NCBI GenBank assembly: GCA_023205875.1
Contig: CP060754.1
Location: 496,001 to 560,000 of the forward strand
Direction: 5' to 3'
Length of the DNA: 64,000 bases
From: Chloropicon primus
Taxonomy: Eukaryota
How positions within the stretch are numbered: position 1 is the stretch's first letter; the number at the start of each line of letters is the position of its first letter. A program made the translations under genes and the position numbers. The notes beneath the pieces were generated by a model. It had not been told where the DNA came from. It saw nothing but the letters and a program-made list of their open reading frames with translations, and searched no databases. Of the stretch, positions 51,656-62,058 are shown one piece after another.

Positions 51656-53719
51656 ATGGCGAGCCTGATACGTGGCTCGTGGGGTGGGGTTGGTTGCTGG
51701 GGGCGGGCGGGTTCGAGGCTCGAGGCGGCGCTCTTCCCGGCGGGGAGATGCCTGAGGTTGCAGGTGGCTGAGATTGGAAGCACGAGCTCTGGCGACAAGG
51801 ACCCGGGGAACAAGAGGGAGGTGCTGCGGACCTCCGTCGCCATTGTTGGAGGGGGTCCAACGGGCGTAACGCTTTCGCTGCTGCTCTCCAGCTTCGGCAT
51901 CAGGAACGTTGTCTTGGAGAGGAAGGCACGGGTTTCTAACCACCCCCAAGCCCACTTTATCAACACCAGGACGATGGAGATCTTTCGCCAGATCGGGAGA
52001 CTGGAGGAACGCGTCCGAGCCAAGTCTCCACCGATGAGTGAGTGGCGGAGTTTCAGGTACTGTGAGGGTGTTCTTGGCCACACCTTCGGGAAGATCGACC
52101 ACTTTGAGGAGTACGAGGGCGAGGAAAGCAGGGACTTGAGTCCCACGGTGGTGGCACACTTGTCGCAGAACAGACTGCTGCCACTGATGCACGAAGAGCT
52201 GGAAAAGTGCCCAAGTTCAACTTTCCTGTGGGGCGAAGAGTTCCTGGGCCTGGCACCCGCCAGGGATGGCGTCAGGATGACCACCAGGAGCTGTCGAGGG
52301 GAAGACAGAATCGTGGAGGCGGACTACCTCGTGGGTGCGGATGGTGCTCACAGCCTCGTCAGGGAGGCGGTTGGCATACAGATGAAGGGTGACGGGCACA
52401 TGCAGTCGATCATGAACGTCCATTTCACGTCCAGGGCCCTTGCGAGCAGTCTGAAATCGGAGGCAAGCGAAGCCATGCTCTATTTCGTGTACAATCCCAG
52501 CGTTGTGGGGGTCATCGTGGCTCACAGCATCGAAACGGGCGACTTTGTGGCCCAAATTCCTTTTTTCCCTCCAGTGGAGAGCGTGTCAAAATACACGGAA
52601 GAGCACTGCTCAAACCTCTTGTTGAGTGCAATCAGGCGCAAGGTTGACCTGGAGATTCACAACATAAAGCCCTGGACAATGTCCGCACTAGTCGCAGACG
52701 ACTTTCGAAGGGATAGGGTATTCCTTGCGGGGGACTCGGCCCACCTCTTCCCCCCCGCGGGAGGATTTGGCATGAACACGGGGGTCCAGGATGCCCACAA
52801 TTTGGCGTGGAAGATTGCCTATGTGCTTCGGGGCTCGGCCTGCCCGTCCATTCTACACACTTATTCTCGGGAGAGGAGGAAGATTGCGATAAAGAACACC
52901 TGCTTGAGCATCGCAAACTTCGAGGAAACAGTCAAAGTAGCGAGAGCATTCGGTCTGGACCCGGGCCTGGCCAGCGGCGTGTTGAACGTGATCTCGCAGG
53001 CAACAAAAATCTCGCCTCTCCAACAGCCTCTCGAGAGGTTTGGGGAGTCTCTGCTCACCCTGGGGAAATTGCAAACAAGCTCGTTGAGCCCCCTGAGGCC
53101 GTTCCAGCAGATGTACCTTCAAGGACTCTTGACGCAGGAAAGGAGCCTCAGGCTGCTGTATCCAGAGGAGGATATCGGGTTTTGCTACGAGGATCCAGAC
53201 ATCGAATGGAGTGGATCAAAGTTTCCGAAGTGGCCCAAGGCACGCCGCTCAAACTTCTCCCCGAAGATAAGAACGGGTTGCAGGTTTCCTCACCTGGAGC
53301 TGAGGCTGCATTGCAATGCAGGGGCCGCAACACTACCCCAGCAGGACGGGGTTTCGATAATCGATCTAATTGGAGAGCACAAGGGAAGCTTTCTGATGCT
53401 TGTCCTGGCCAACTCAGGCAGAGGTAAAGAATTCAGGTCAGCAGTGCGGGACCTCCAGGAAGAATCACAGTTTGCCGTGACCACAGTCTTCGTGAACAGC
53501 AACCCAGGTGGAGCAATGGAGCCAGGCGAGCTCCTCGTGGACGCAGATTTGTCTCACCTGGAACCCCAATCCGATGTGGCTATCGTTCTCCGCCCAGACG
53601 GGCACGTTGCCCGCATCTTCAAGCTTCCCATCGATTTGTCGTCGGAGTGCTTGCAGCGGGAACTCCTGTCGCTTGGGTTGAAGCCCAGGGAGAAGGAACA
53701 CAGAAACTTTGAACTCTGA
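51656..53719 (+). CDS. FAD-dependent aromatic monooxygenase, CoqF-like (ubiquinone C6 hydroxylase)
   Basis: GGGPTG Rossmann motif, HPQAHFINTRTMEIFR, GADGAHS, GDSAH.FPPAGGFGMNTGVQDAHNLAWK, C-terminal RPDGHVA; presequence-like N-terminus. Confidence 0.85.
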   Translation: MASLIRGSWGGVGCWGRAGSRLEAALFPAGRCLRLQVAEIGSTSSGDKDPGNKREVLRTSVAIVGGGPTGVTLSLLLSSFGIRNVVLERKARVSNHPQAHFINTRTMEIFRQIGRLEERVRAKSPPMSEWRSFRYCEGVLGHTFGKIDHFEEYEGEESRDLSPTVVAHLSQNRLLPLMHEELEKCPSSTFLWGEEFLGLAPARDGVRMTTRSCRGEDRIVEADYLVGADGAHSLVREAVGIQMKGDGHMQSIMNVHFTSRALASSLKSEASEAMLYFVYNPSVVGVIVAHSIETGDFVAQIPFFPPVESVSKYTEEHCSNLLLSAIRRKVDLEIHNIKPWTMSALVADDFRRDRVFLAGDSAHLFPPAGGFGMNTGVQDAHNLAWKIAYVLRGSACPSILHTYSRERRKIAIKNTCLSIANFEETVKVARAFGLDPGLASGVLNVISQATKISPLQQPLERFGESLLTLGKLQTSSLSPLRPFQQMYLQGLLTQERSLRLLYPEEDIGFCYEDPDIEWSGSKFPKWPKARRSNFSPKIRTGCRFPHLELRLHCNAGAATLPQQDGVSIIDLIGEHKGSFLMLVLANSGRGKEFRSAVRDLQEESQFAVTTVFVNSNPGGAMEPGELLVDADLSHLEPQSDVAIVLRPDGHVARIFKLPIDLSSECLQRELLSLGLKPREKEHRNFEL

Positions 53720-53751
53720 TGTTTTTGTATACATAAATGTAATTTAATTAT

Positions 53752-55542
53752 TCAGTCTTTCTTCGTAGCAGAGTAGACTTTGGTCACCTTCCCAACACCC
53801 ACGGTTTGCCCGCCAAGTCGCAGAACGAGCCTGCCAAGCGAGGGGTAGTCTTCGTACTTCTCCACGCAGATAGTCTCCGACAGCGTAAGCTCAATCGTCG
53901 CAGTCTGGAAGCTCTTGAGCAACCTGGGCTTCTTCTTTGTTTCCTCTCCTGATTTCGGGTCATGCAGCGCAAGCATTTTCGTGATCCTGCCCTGGATTCT
54001 AGCTGCGTGGAAGTGCACGATAAGACTCTGCCCCAGCGTGAAGGGCGTTCCCAACTCAAGCGTGATGATCTTGACTTTGAGTCTCTCTGACGCCTTGATC
54101 TTGTCCGCGGGGCTGCACACCACAGACCCGATCTCTACGCAGGCCAAGTCGTCCAGACCAAGAGTGAGCTCCACAGCATCTCCTGCCAAAGCGAACTTTG
54201 CCCCTTTCTGATTGTTACGCACGATGCTCTTGACGTGCGTTTCCAGGTTCCCTGGCATCACCGTCACTGGACTGTTCACTCTCAGGCACCCGGTTGCGAC
54301 TCTTCCGGTCGTAAGGACGCTCCCTCCTCCACTCTGTTTGGTGCTTGATACCGAGAAGGCTGGAACCCGCAGAGGCTTGTCCTGGTTATGCTCCACCATC
54401 ACAAAGTTGTCGATGGCTTCCACAACGGTTGGACCAGAGAACCAATTCAGTTTGGAGTCCTGTTCTGGTTTTGATACAATGTTGTCTCCTGTCGTGCCAG
54501 ACGCACAGAGCCACTGCATGCTCTTCGCCTGGTAGCCGCAGGACTTCAAGAAGGGCTCGAGCTTGTCCCTGATATCGTCGAATCTCTGCGCCCCTGATTC
54601 AGACTTGTCGAGCTTTGTGATCACGACCGCCAGCTGTTCTATCCCTATTCCTTTTGCCAGCTGAGCGTGCTCCCTGGTCTGGCCGCTTATCTTTCCTCTT
54701 TTCTCGAACCCTGACTCAAAACCGCCAACCGAGCCATCGATGACAAGGATAGCGGCGTCAGCCTGAGAGATACCAGATATGGCGTTGGTGACAAAGTCGC
54801 GGTGTCCTGGAGCATCCAGAATCGTGACCTGCCTGTTGTCTGTTTCGAAGGCTCTCTTCGCAACGTCTATCGTGACCCCCCTCTCCCTCTCCTCTGGCCT
54901 CTCGTCCATCAGCCAGGCCCAACCAAAGCTCCCCTTCCCGATCTGATTCGCCTGGTGGGCGCGTCGACGCACCTCTTTTGAGTCCACAACACCGAGCTCT
55001 GCGACTAGTCGGCCCATGAGAGTGGACTTCCCCGCATCGACGTGACCCAACACCACAAGCATGAGGGAGGGCTTGCTAGGCGATGCGGCTTGGGCGTCTA
55101 TCTCCAGGTCCTGCAGCACCGCAGACAAGTCGCTCCTCGAGTCGTGCGCAGTGGCAGACGGGGGCTGCTCCACTGCTGCTGGTGCACTGCTACCTTGTCC
55201 CTCTGCTCCTTTCGCCTTCACTTTCGAGCCTACAACGTTCGCTCCTTCCTTGCTGGCTTTGCTCTGAGCCTGGCCGCCCCCTGCCCCGCCACCATTCGAG
55301 GCCTTCCCCTTGCTCTTGGCCTTGCTCTTCCCTTGCGCCTGGTTACCACCACTCTTGCTGCTGCTGCTGTTGTTGTTGCCAGCAACACCCGATCCCTTCT
55401 TCTGCTTCGAGGCCGACTGCGTCGGGGGAGGGGCGTAGTCGTCATACTGGTCGTAGTCTCCGTCCTCGTAATAGTCGTCGTAATCGTCGTAATAGTCATC
55501 GTAGTCGTCCGCGTCGTAATACTTCCCGACCTTCCGCGACAT
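53752..55542 (-). CDS. HBS1: HBS1-like translational GTPase
   Basis: Acidic YDD-rich N-terminus, GHVDAGKSTLMGRL, AW.MDE..EERERGVTID, DAPGHRDFV, GQTREHA.L, LGR.VLR..GQTVGVG. Confidence 0.9.
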   Translation of the reverse strand: MSRKVGKYYDADDYDDYYDDYDDYYEDGDYDQYDDYAPPPTQSASKQKKGSGVAGNNNSSSSKSGGNQAQGKSKAKSKGKASNGGGAGGGQAQSKASKEGANVVGSKVKAKGAEGQGSSAPAAVEQPPSATAHDSRSDLSAVLQDLEIDAQAASPSKPSLMLVVLGHVDAGKSTLMGRLVAELGVVDSKEVRRRAHQANQIGKGSFGWAWLMDERPEERERGVTIDVAKRAFETDNRQVTILDAPGHRDFVTNAISGISQADAAILVIDGSVGGFESGFEKRGKISGQTREHAQLAKGIGIEQLAVVITKLDKSESGAQRFDDIRDKLEPFLKSCGYQAKSMQWLCASGTTGDNIVSKPEQDSKLNWFSGPTVVEAIDNFVMVEHNQDKPLRVPAFSVSSTKQSGGGSVLTTGRVATGCLRVNSPVTVMPGNLETHVKSIVRNNQKGAKFALAGDAVELTLGLDDLACVEIGSVVCSPADKIKASERLKVKIITLELGTPFTLGQSLIVHFHAARIQGRITKMLALHDPKSGEETKKKPRLLKSFQTATIELTLSETICVEKYEDYPSLGRLVLRLGGQTVGVGKVTKVYSATKKD

Positions 55543-55624
55543 CCTGACCTCCTTTCCGCTGGTTGTGGGCTGATTTCTCAAAGAGCAACGTTATGGGCGA
55601 TGAAGGGACTCACTTTACACTAGA

Positions 55625-58600
55625 TTACAAAGATAGCCAAGAGAGTTGGTCGGCCAGGAGCTTGAAGTCGTAGAAGCCGGCGACAGCCTTGAAGTCTGCC
55701 GTCAACATCTTGAAATGTTCTGCGGGCCTGCTCAGCACCAGGCTCCCACCGTAGCTGGAGTGGTTGCATAGGCGCCTCTCGTGGACCTGGTTCGTCCGCT
55801 TGCACTTGAGGTCCTGCATGTAATAATCCGAGAGGTGGTTCTGGAAAAACCTGATGATCTGCTCCTCTATGTGGGGCTTGTCGTGGGGATTCTCGTTCAG
55901 GTAGGTGCCCAGCGTCCAGTCGCGAAGAAGGTCCATATCCCTGGACTCGTTCCAGTGCGGCAGGACGAGGTCAGGAACGACCAAGGAGAACGTGGGAAGT
56001 TCGCTTCCTGACATGGTTCCATACTCATTGCACTGGATTGCCCTGTGAAGGTTCTTGCGAAGAATGCCTACCTCCTCCTTGATCCTTGAGTTGAGACCAA
56101 GGACGGAGGTCAACATCCTCACAAAGGACAACAAGATGTTCATCTTTCCAAACGAGGCACTCCGGGGGAGCAAATTGAGGTCATCGTTTAGGTCCTCCAC
56201 CCCCATGTCTCGAACAATGCGCAAAACTTTGTCCGAAAGCTCGTCTGTGATGTACCTCGACAGGTCAAAATCCTTTGTCTCTTCATCCTCGTCGCAGTCC
56301 ATCCACTCTGCCTGCGTAGGGACAACATGGAAGTTGTTCGATCCAGACAGCTTCAGAGTGTATTCCGCGACAATTCCTTCAAACTTTTCGTTGAGAACTT
56401 TTGGCAAGTAGTATCCCATGTCAAAAGTGATCGACGTTCCCGAGGGCTTTCCCTCAGAATCCTCCGTTCCCAGCTTGAGGCCCGAGTAATTGAACTGGTC
56501 CACGAAGGAAAAGTGTTGGAAGTAGCACTCCTCCTGCAGCTGAAGCAAGGGAAAGTTCTCATTCTTCCGGATTATGCTCTTGAGAGTCTGCACAAACATC
56601 TCTGCGGCAACCTTTTCTTGCTTTGGAAGAGACAGTATCAACATATCCTTGTTTGCGGAGATGACTTTGACGTTGTGCTTTCCCATCTCTTTCACAAGAC
56701 TCGAGACTGAGTTCTGAACCAGGACCCTCATCAGCTGATGCACACCGTGAGAGTACATGTTACTCGCGGCATCTGTGATCCACCTGTAAAAGTTAAGCAA
56801 AAGCGCATCTGCGTTAGCGGATGCACTGCCCGCAGCATCAGCATACCAACGGGAAACAAGATTCTTGAGGACCCTTGTGGTGTCCTCTCCTTTGTCACCA
56901 TCGTCAGCTACATGGATGGCATTCACAGGCAAGTGGAAGACTTTGAGCTTTGCGACAATTCCTGGATAAAAGCCAGGATTGGAAATCTGGAACTGGGGGG
57001 AGAGCTGCTCGCTCAAAGCAAGGCCCTGTGAATGGCCGCCCAACCAAGGAAGCTGCTTCGTGCTTCTCTCAAGGCTACGTGCAAAGAAAACGTCGGCGAT
57101 CTGGAGGTTGACGTCATTTGCAGATAAGTTACCCACGGGTATGTGAGAGTACTGAGAGATCAGGCCCCTCTCAGACCACCACTTGCTGAAGCCAGCGATT
57201 CTCTCCATCAAGAGCTGGGCAGCATAGGTTTGCCATTGCATGAGGGGGTACTCGGTCGTAACGTGTCCTCTCCTTATTTGCGGAAGTGCCTTCAAAACAG
57301 GGATTGTCTTCAAAAGGTCCCCAGTGGCCATCTGGCCTTCGTAGCAAGAAACCAAAGCCCCCGTACCCGAACTGTTCCTAAAGCTCACAATCTCTGCACT
57401 TGCTAATTTACCGGCTGCATCCAAGGTGCGCGCGTATTCAATTCTAAACGACATCTCTTCGCTTTGTTGCCTGCTCGTTTGAGCATATAACCTTGCAAGC
57501 ATTCCTTCAGAAAGCTCACGCGGCGATCTGTTGGGCTTCACGACGATGATCACTGTGGTATTCTCAAAGGTGAGGGCAATCAGTCCCCTGTCAGATGTGC
57601 CGCTGCTGTGAATGAACACATTCCTGAAATCTTTACCAAGTGAGAAGACATAGGGACACTGGGAAGTCATTCTCAGCTCTTCCAGCTCCACGCCGTCAGC
57701 AATCTTCCTTCCCTTGGAGAAAGCGTCTTTCTGTACAACTTCTGCCACACAACCTAGCCTCAATGTAGCCAAGTCCACCGCCGAGATACTACCAGCGTAT
57801 TTGCTTTGTATCCGCAAGGGTATGGAATACATTCCAGCTCCTTGAACGTAGACCCAAGCTTGCAGGGTTCTGGGATCTTCCGTAGCAGCCATGTGGATGA
57901 TGTGCCAAAAGCTCCCAATCGCAGCATTCTGCTGCCTCCGGAAGAATTCACCGACGTTCCTAGCTTTCTTGTTGGTAGCCAAGGTCGATCCGGCCTTTCT
58001 CTCCTCACGCCGTTTCACCAGCAGTTGCTTCCAATAGGCTTTCCTGGCTCTGAGCCAATTGGTGTACTCTTCCTTTGTCATATGCCTTGACTCGATCCCC
58101 TGGAGAACTGATACAGGGCTCTCAGTTTGACTTCCATTTTCTTTGTCTCCATCCACGTCCACCTCCATTTCATTGGCGTCACTCTTGGGTTCACTCCCAA
58201 TGAGGAAGAGAGGTTTGCGACCCACCTTTGCGACCGGGGTTGGTGCCGAGGTAAACATAGTCATAGAACACTGCTTGTACTTGTCATTTCTTCTCATAAT
58301 CGTTTTTTGCAGCCAGTCTGGGTGCTTCACTCTAGTGACTGGGTTGGAAACTTTTTGCATCGCAGCAGGTATTGTGATGATCTTCTGGATCGCCTTGCCC
58401 AACCTTTCCTTGTAATACTCCCAGTCCAACACGTCACGCACTGATATCGAGTCCTGCCCACTGAAGGAATCGCGACACCACATGGAGAGGTACTGTTTCC
58501 TCACACTAATGTCCGCCTTGAAAATCGTAGAGGGGATTGCTCTTTCGGACACTGCGACGCCTTCTGGCTTCTTCCCGATCACGTAAGTACAGCTCAACTT

Positions 58601-61600
58601 GCCATACTTCAAGACATCGCCACCAAGAAATTGGTTTAGCCTGTTCGCTGTTGTTATCGCGCAACTTCTTTTGCCTTCATACTCCTCAATGCTCTTCGAC
58701 ATTGTCGTGGAATCCATGAGAAGCTCTAGAAGCTCATCCTCAGTCAAGTCTGCACCTCTAGTATCGAGCACATCCAGCCACCGGTTTGCCACGGACGCCA
58801 CACAGGCATAACATTCCTTAAGCGTGGAGCCATCCAAAAACCTGCCAAAAATTTCCTCCTGAAAGAGTTTCACAAGCTTTAGCTCACCTCGCCTTTTCAT
58901 CTCAAATCCCTTCAGTTCGACCAACCGTCCTTTGAAATCAAAGACAGCGTATCTCTTCTTGATACTCTTCCCCTCCGCAATGGCAGCAGGGAGAATCATT
59001 GCCTTGTATGGGCCGTCAACTTCGAATTCGATGGTCATTCTGGAGCTAATATCATACTTCTTGGTCTCTGGGTCAACGAGACTTTGGTACTGGTCGTTCG
59101 TGTTGTTTTTTGCCACCATATTGTTCAGAATGGAGCACGGGTAAGAGAGGAACACTGTCTTCCCACTCGTGGTCTCGAACTTGTACTCTTCCGGGAAAGA
59201 GCAAGGCAGGCAGCACCAGATACCATCAGTATCGAGCTCCAAAGGACGCCCAATTCTTTGAATCAGGTCACAGGCATTCTGAATTATTCTTGCACCAGTC
59301 AAAGTGACCACACCAGCCATCTCCATGGAGTACCAGCGTGCTCCTTTCCTCATGACATAGCCGTAGAAGGAATTCAAAATACATTTGTGTGCAAGCTGCA
59401 ATGAGTCATACAAGACAACCATGTCTTGGGCTTCCTTCACAGACGCAACCGTACCGCTCTTTTCTGCTTCACCAAGCTTGCGGCCCCACTTTTTGTTCAG
59501 CGCTTTATACTCATATCGGCGATCTCTAAAGCTCTGCACCGTGTTCACATAGAAGTTGTTTTCGCGCATGCAAATACCCGATGTCTTTGGCTTTGACATA
59601 GGTTTGTTCAATACACGCCCGTAAACCTTTTGACAGTATTTCTTGAACCTGCTTTTGAGGACCTCTATTTTTTCCTCTGGCCTCAAGTAGATGAATGAAG
59701 TCATCTTCCCTCCCCTGGACGCTGACGGGAAAGACTCCGTCTCTGCCTGGTTTTTGATCAGCTGATACTCTGAACTTGATCCGGCGTACACCTCTCCCCT
59801 CCAGGTCCACTCCATTTCTCGGAGACATTTCTTGTCGGGAGTATTAAAGTCGCAAGCGGCACAATCTTCATCCGTCACAGTACTGCATGGCTGCAGCCTG
59901 TTGGTGAGAATAATGTTTGGGTACATGGCCGCAACATCAAGATGGTATATCAGCGGCTTTTCCGTGCACCTTGGATTATCACGCAAATAGGTCAGCTTGG
60001 CCACAATCTCGTCACGGATCTCATCATAGTTTTTGACATCCTCCATAGCGACCTCGTTTTCTACAGTGATCGTGTACTGAAGGTCCTCGTCCACTTTGTC
60101 GATCAGCTTTTGATATGCCGCACTGTTGTTGTTGAATGAGATGTCTATGTCAGCGCGGAACACACCACTCTCCAGGGCCTCAACGTGGCCTCCGATGTAC
60201 GTCTCACTCTGCAGCAGCTTCCCTCCGTGGAACTTCTCGTGCTGGCTCTTGAACTTGTTGGGCGCCAAGATGTTTGCGTCAAATGCCTGGACCATCAACA
60301 GCGACTCGCAAAGGGTGCCCGATCCTTTCCTCAAGACCTCATCAGGGGGCATCGGGATAATCGTTCCCAGTGAGAAAATGAAAGGGTGCACGTACTTGTA
60401 GTAGAGGAAGTACGTTGCGACCGCATCGGACACCGAATACGATGCCATCCTCTGAGGGTGCTCGTAAGCAAATTTGACCATGTCCTCGGGGTCAACCTCC
60501 ACCGGGTTGTACCCAAGCTTTGCCTTTGTCACAGCCTTCAAACCTTGACTTCCCTGCGGCAGATAAGAATCTCTCTTTACCCAGTAGAATGCGTCCATGT
60601 GGATCGCAAACTGCGACAGACACTCCCCAGACCTCTGGTTGGTGTAAAAGCCCAGCTCGTCGTACATGTTGATCCCGTGAATCGCTGCCCTCTTCTCTAT
60701 GAAGGGCCAATCGAAAAAATCCCCGTTGTATGTTACATAGATGTGCGGCTTCACGGCCTTCATGTGGTTGAAGAAGTACCACAAGACGGACAGCTCGTCT
60801 GGCTCATTGATGATCGCGAAAGACCCCCCAATGTCCTTTTTCGGCACGTAGTCAAAGTCCTCGATGTCAGAACTCACGACCTCCCTGTTCACAATGAGGA
60901 AGCCCTTCCCGTTGATCATGTACGAAATCATGAACACCTGGTCGTACTCTGCGTTTGGGAACCTCAGCGGAAGTTTCGTCGTCTCAATGTCAAAGGCGCA
61001 CACAGTCGGTTGGGCCCACCTGATGAGGTCCTCCCTCTTCTTCAGGGTGGATCCCTTGTTGGCCACCGTGGTGACGTCGTACCACAGGCCGCACCGCGTG
61101 CCCGTGTCTATCGCAAAGCGCTCGTGGTACGGAACATCGTACTCCCTGATGCTCTCGATATCATTCAACACGTCCGAGGCGCTGCTCCCCGGCTGAGCTC
61201 CGTCGACGGAGGACGCAGCGCCGGGCATGCTGTCCCTCGTGGCATAGGGCCTGACGTAGTTCCTGACCTCCATCAGGTCCTGAACGTTGTAGCACGACAC
61301 CTTGAGGACATGCCGCACCTTTCCGCTCAGGTGATTCTTGAGGTCCAAGTCCTGCTTCCCTATCACCTCGATGCTCTCAATCTGGTCGCGGAACTGCCTC
61401 TGGAGCGCGTTCGATATTCCCGGCAAGTTCTTCGCGTTCTGGGCGTACAGGTAAAAGTACGGGCTGAAGAACACATGGGCCTTGAAGTTCGAGCTGTCCT
61501 CGGCTATGAAGTAGCACTTGACCGCGCTGTAAACCTTGTTGTTTCTGCTCACGGAGGTGCTGGAGAAGTTGACGAGCCACCCCACCCTGCCCTCCTCCCC

Positions 61601-61753
61601 CGCCCACTCGTACCCGTACCCGCTCTCCAGCAGCTCCAGCTTCTCGTTCCTCTCCTCCCTCGACGCCTTGATCCGGGCCGCCTTCTCCTCCGGGCTGTCC
61701 CCGCCATACTTCCCCGAACCCGTGTGAAGCTGCCTGCTATCCCCCTTCCTCAT
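55625..61753 (-). CDS. POLE: DNA polymerase epsilon catalytic subunit, intronless
   Basis: FDIETTKLPL.FP (Exo I), WVKRDSYLPQGSQGLKAVTK, YHLDVAAMYPNIILTNRLQP, CAACDFN...C, PLELDTDGIW, ELKGFE.KRRGEL. Confidence 0.97.
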   Translation of the reverse strand: MRKGDSRQLHTGSGKYGGDSPEEKAARIKASREERNEKLELLESGYGYEWAGEEGRVGWLVNFSSTSVSRNNKVYSAVKCYFIAEDSSNFKAHVFFSPYFYLYAQNAKNLPGISNALQRQFRDQIESIEVIGKQDLDLKNHLSGKVRHVLKVSCYNVQDLMEVRNYVRPYATRDSMPGAASSVDGAQPGSSASDVLNDIESIREYDVPYHERFAIDTGTRCGLWYDVTTVANKGSTLKKREDLIRWAQPTVCAFDIETTKLPLRFPNAEYDQVFMISYMINGKGFLIVNREVVSSDIEDFDYVPKKDIGGSFAIINEPDELSVLWYFFNHMKAVKPHIYVTYNGDFFDWPFIEKRAAIHGINMYDELGFYTNQRSGECLSQFAIHMDAFYWVKRDSYLPQGSQGLKAVTKAKLGYNPVEVDPEDMVKFAYEHPQRMASYSVSDAVATYFLYYKYVHPFIFSLGTIIPMPPDEVLRKGSGTLCESLLMVQAFDANILAPNKFKSQHEKFHGGKLLQSETYIGGHVEALESGVFRADIDISFNNNSAAYQKLIDKVDEDLQYTITVENEVAMEDVKNYDEIRDEIVAKLTYLRDNPRCTEKPLIYHLDVAAMYPNIILTNRLQPCSTVTDEDCAACDFNTPDKKCLREMEWTWRGEVYAGSSSEYQLIKNQAETESFPSASRGGKMTSFIYLRPEEKIEVLKSRFKKYCQKVYGRVLNKPMSKPKTSGICMRENNFYVNTVQSFRDRRYEYKALNKKWGRKLGEAEKSGTVASVKEAQDMVVLYDSLQLAHKCILNSFYGYVMRKGARWYSMEMAGVVTLTGARIIQNACDLIQRIGRPLELDTDGIWCCLPCSFPEEYKFETTSGKTVFLSYPCSILNNMVAKNNTNDQYQSLVDPETKKYDISSRMTIEFEVDGPYKAMILPAAIAEGKSIKKRYAVFDFKGRLVELKGFEMKRRGELKLVKLFQEEIFGRFLDGSTLKECYACVASVANRWLDVLDTRGADLTEDELLELLMDSTTMSKSIEEYEGKRSCAITTANRLNQFLGGDVLKYGKLSCTYVIGKKPEGVAVSERAIPSTIFKADISVRKQYLSMWCRDSFSGQDSISVRDVLDWEYYKERLGKAIQKIITIPAAMQKVSNPVTRVKHPDWLQKTIMRRNDKYKQCSMTMFTSAPTPVAKVGRKPLFLIGSEPKSDANEMEVDVDGDKENGSQTESPVSVLQGIESRHMTKEEYTNWLRARKAYWKQLLVKRREERKAGSTLATNKKARNVGEFFRRQQNAAIGSFWHIIHMAATEDPRTLQAWVYVQGAGMYSIPLRIQSKYAGSISAVDLATLRLGCVAEVVQKDAFSKGRKIADGVELEELRMTSQCPYVFSLGKDFRNVFIHSSGTSDRGLIALTFENTTVIIVVKPNRSPRELSEGMLARLYAQTSRQQSEEMSFRIEYARTLDAAGKLASAEIVSFRNSSGTGALVSCYEGQMATGDLLKTIPVLKALPQIRRGHVTTEYPLMQWQTYAAQLLMERIAGFSKWWSERGLISQYSHIPVGNLSANDVNLQIADVFFARSLERSTKQLPWLGGHSQGLALSEQLSPQFQISNPGFYPGIVAKLKVFHLPVNAIHVADDGDKGEDTTRVLKNLVSRWYADAAGSASANADALLLNFYRWITDAASNMYSHGVHQLMRVLVQNSVSSLVKEMGKHNVKVISANKDMLILSLPKQEKVAAEMFVQTLKSIIRKNENFPLLQLQEECYFQHFSFVDQFNYSGLKLGTEDSEGKPSGTSITFDMGYYLPKVLNEKFEGIVAEYTLKLSGSNNFHVVPTQAEWMDCDEDEETKDFDLSRYITDELSDKVLRIVRDMGVEDLNDDLNLLPRSASFGKMNILLSFVRMLTSVLGLNSRIKEEVGILRKNLHRAIQCNEYGTMSGSELPTFSLVVPDLVLPHWNESRDMDLLRDWTLGTYLNENPHDKPHIEEQIIRFFQNHLSDYYMQDLKCKRTNQVHERRLCNHSSYGGSLVLSRPAEHFKMLTADFKAVAGFYDFKLLADQLSWLSL

Positions 61754-62058
61754 CCTGCCCCCACCGCCTCTCCCGTCGCCGCCCTTCCCCCTCCCCCTTC
61801 AAACCAGTTCACCCCGCGCAACACCGCAGCGCGACACCGCAGCGCCTCCTCGATCACCTGACCACTCGGTCCCCTCGCCTGCACCGCGACACCGCACCAC
61901 ACCCGGCGGCCTCCTCTCCTCTCTCTTCGGCTCTCGCTTTCGCGCCCTTTTTTTCCCCTCTCTTTTGTGCGGGTGCGGGTGCAAATGCAAAAAAAGGGTC
62001 ACGGAAAGGTGTACGAGATCTCGATCGATCTGCTTCGGCGTGGGTTGGAGGAGAGACG

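Noticed and set aside
55625..61753. Intein or mobile insertion in Pol epsilon (also checked for MCM8)
   Set aside because: Conserved motifs are contiguous and the proteins are not longer than typical orthologs.
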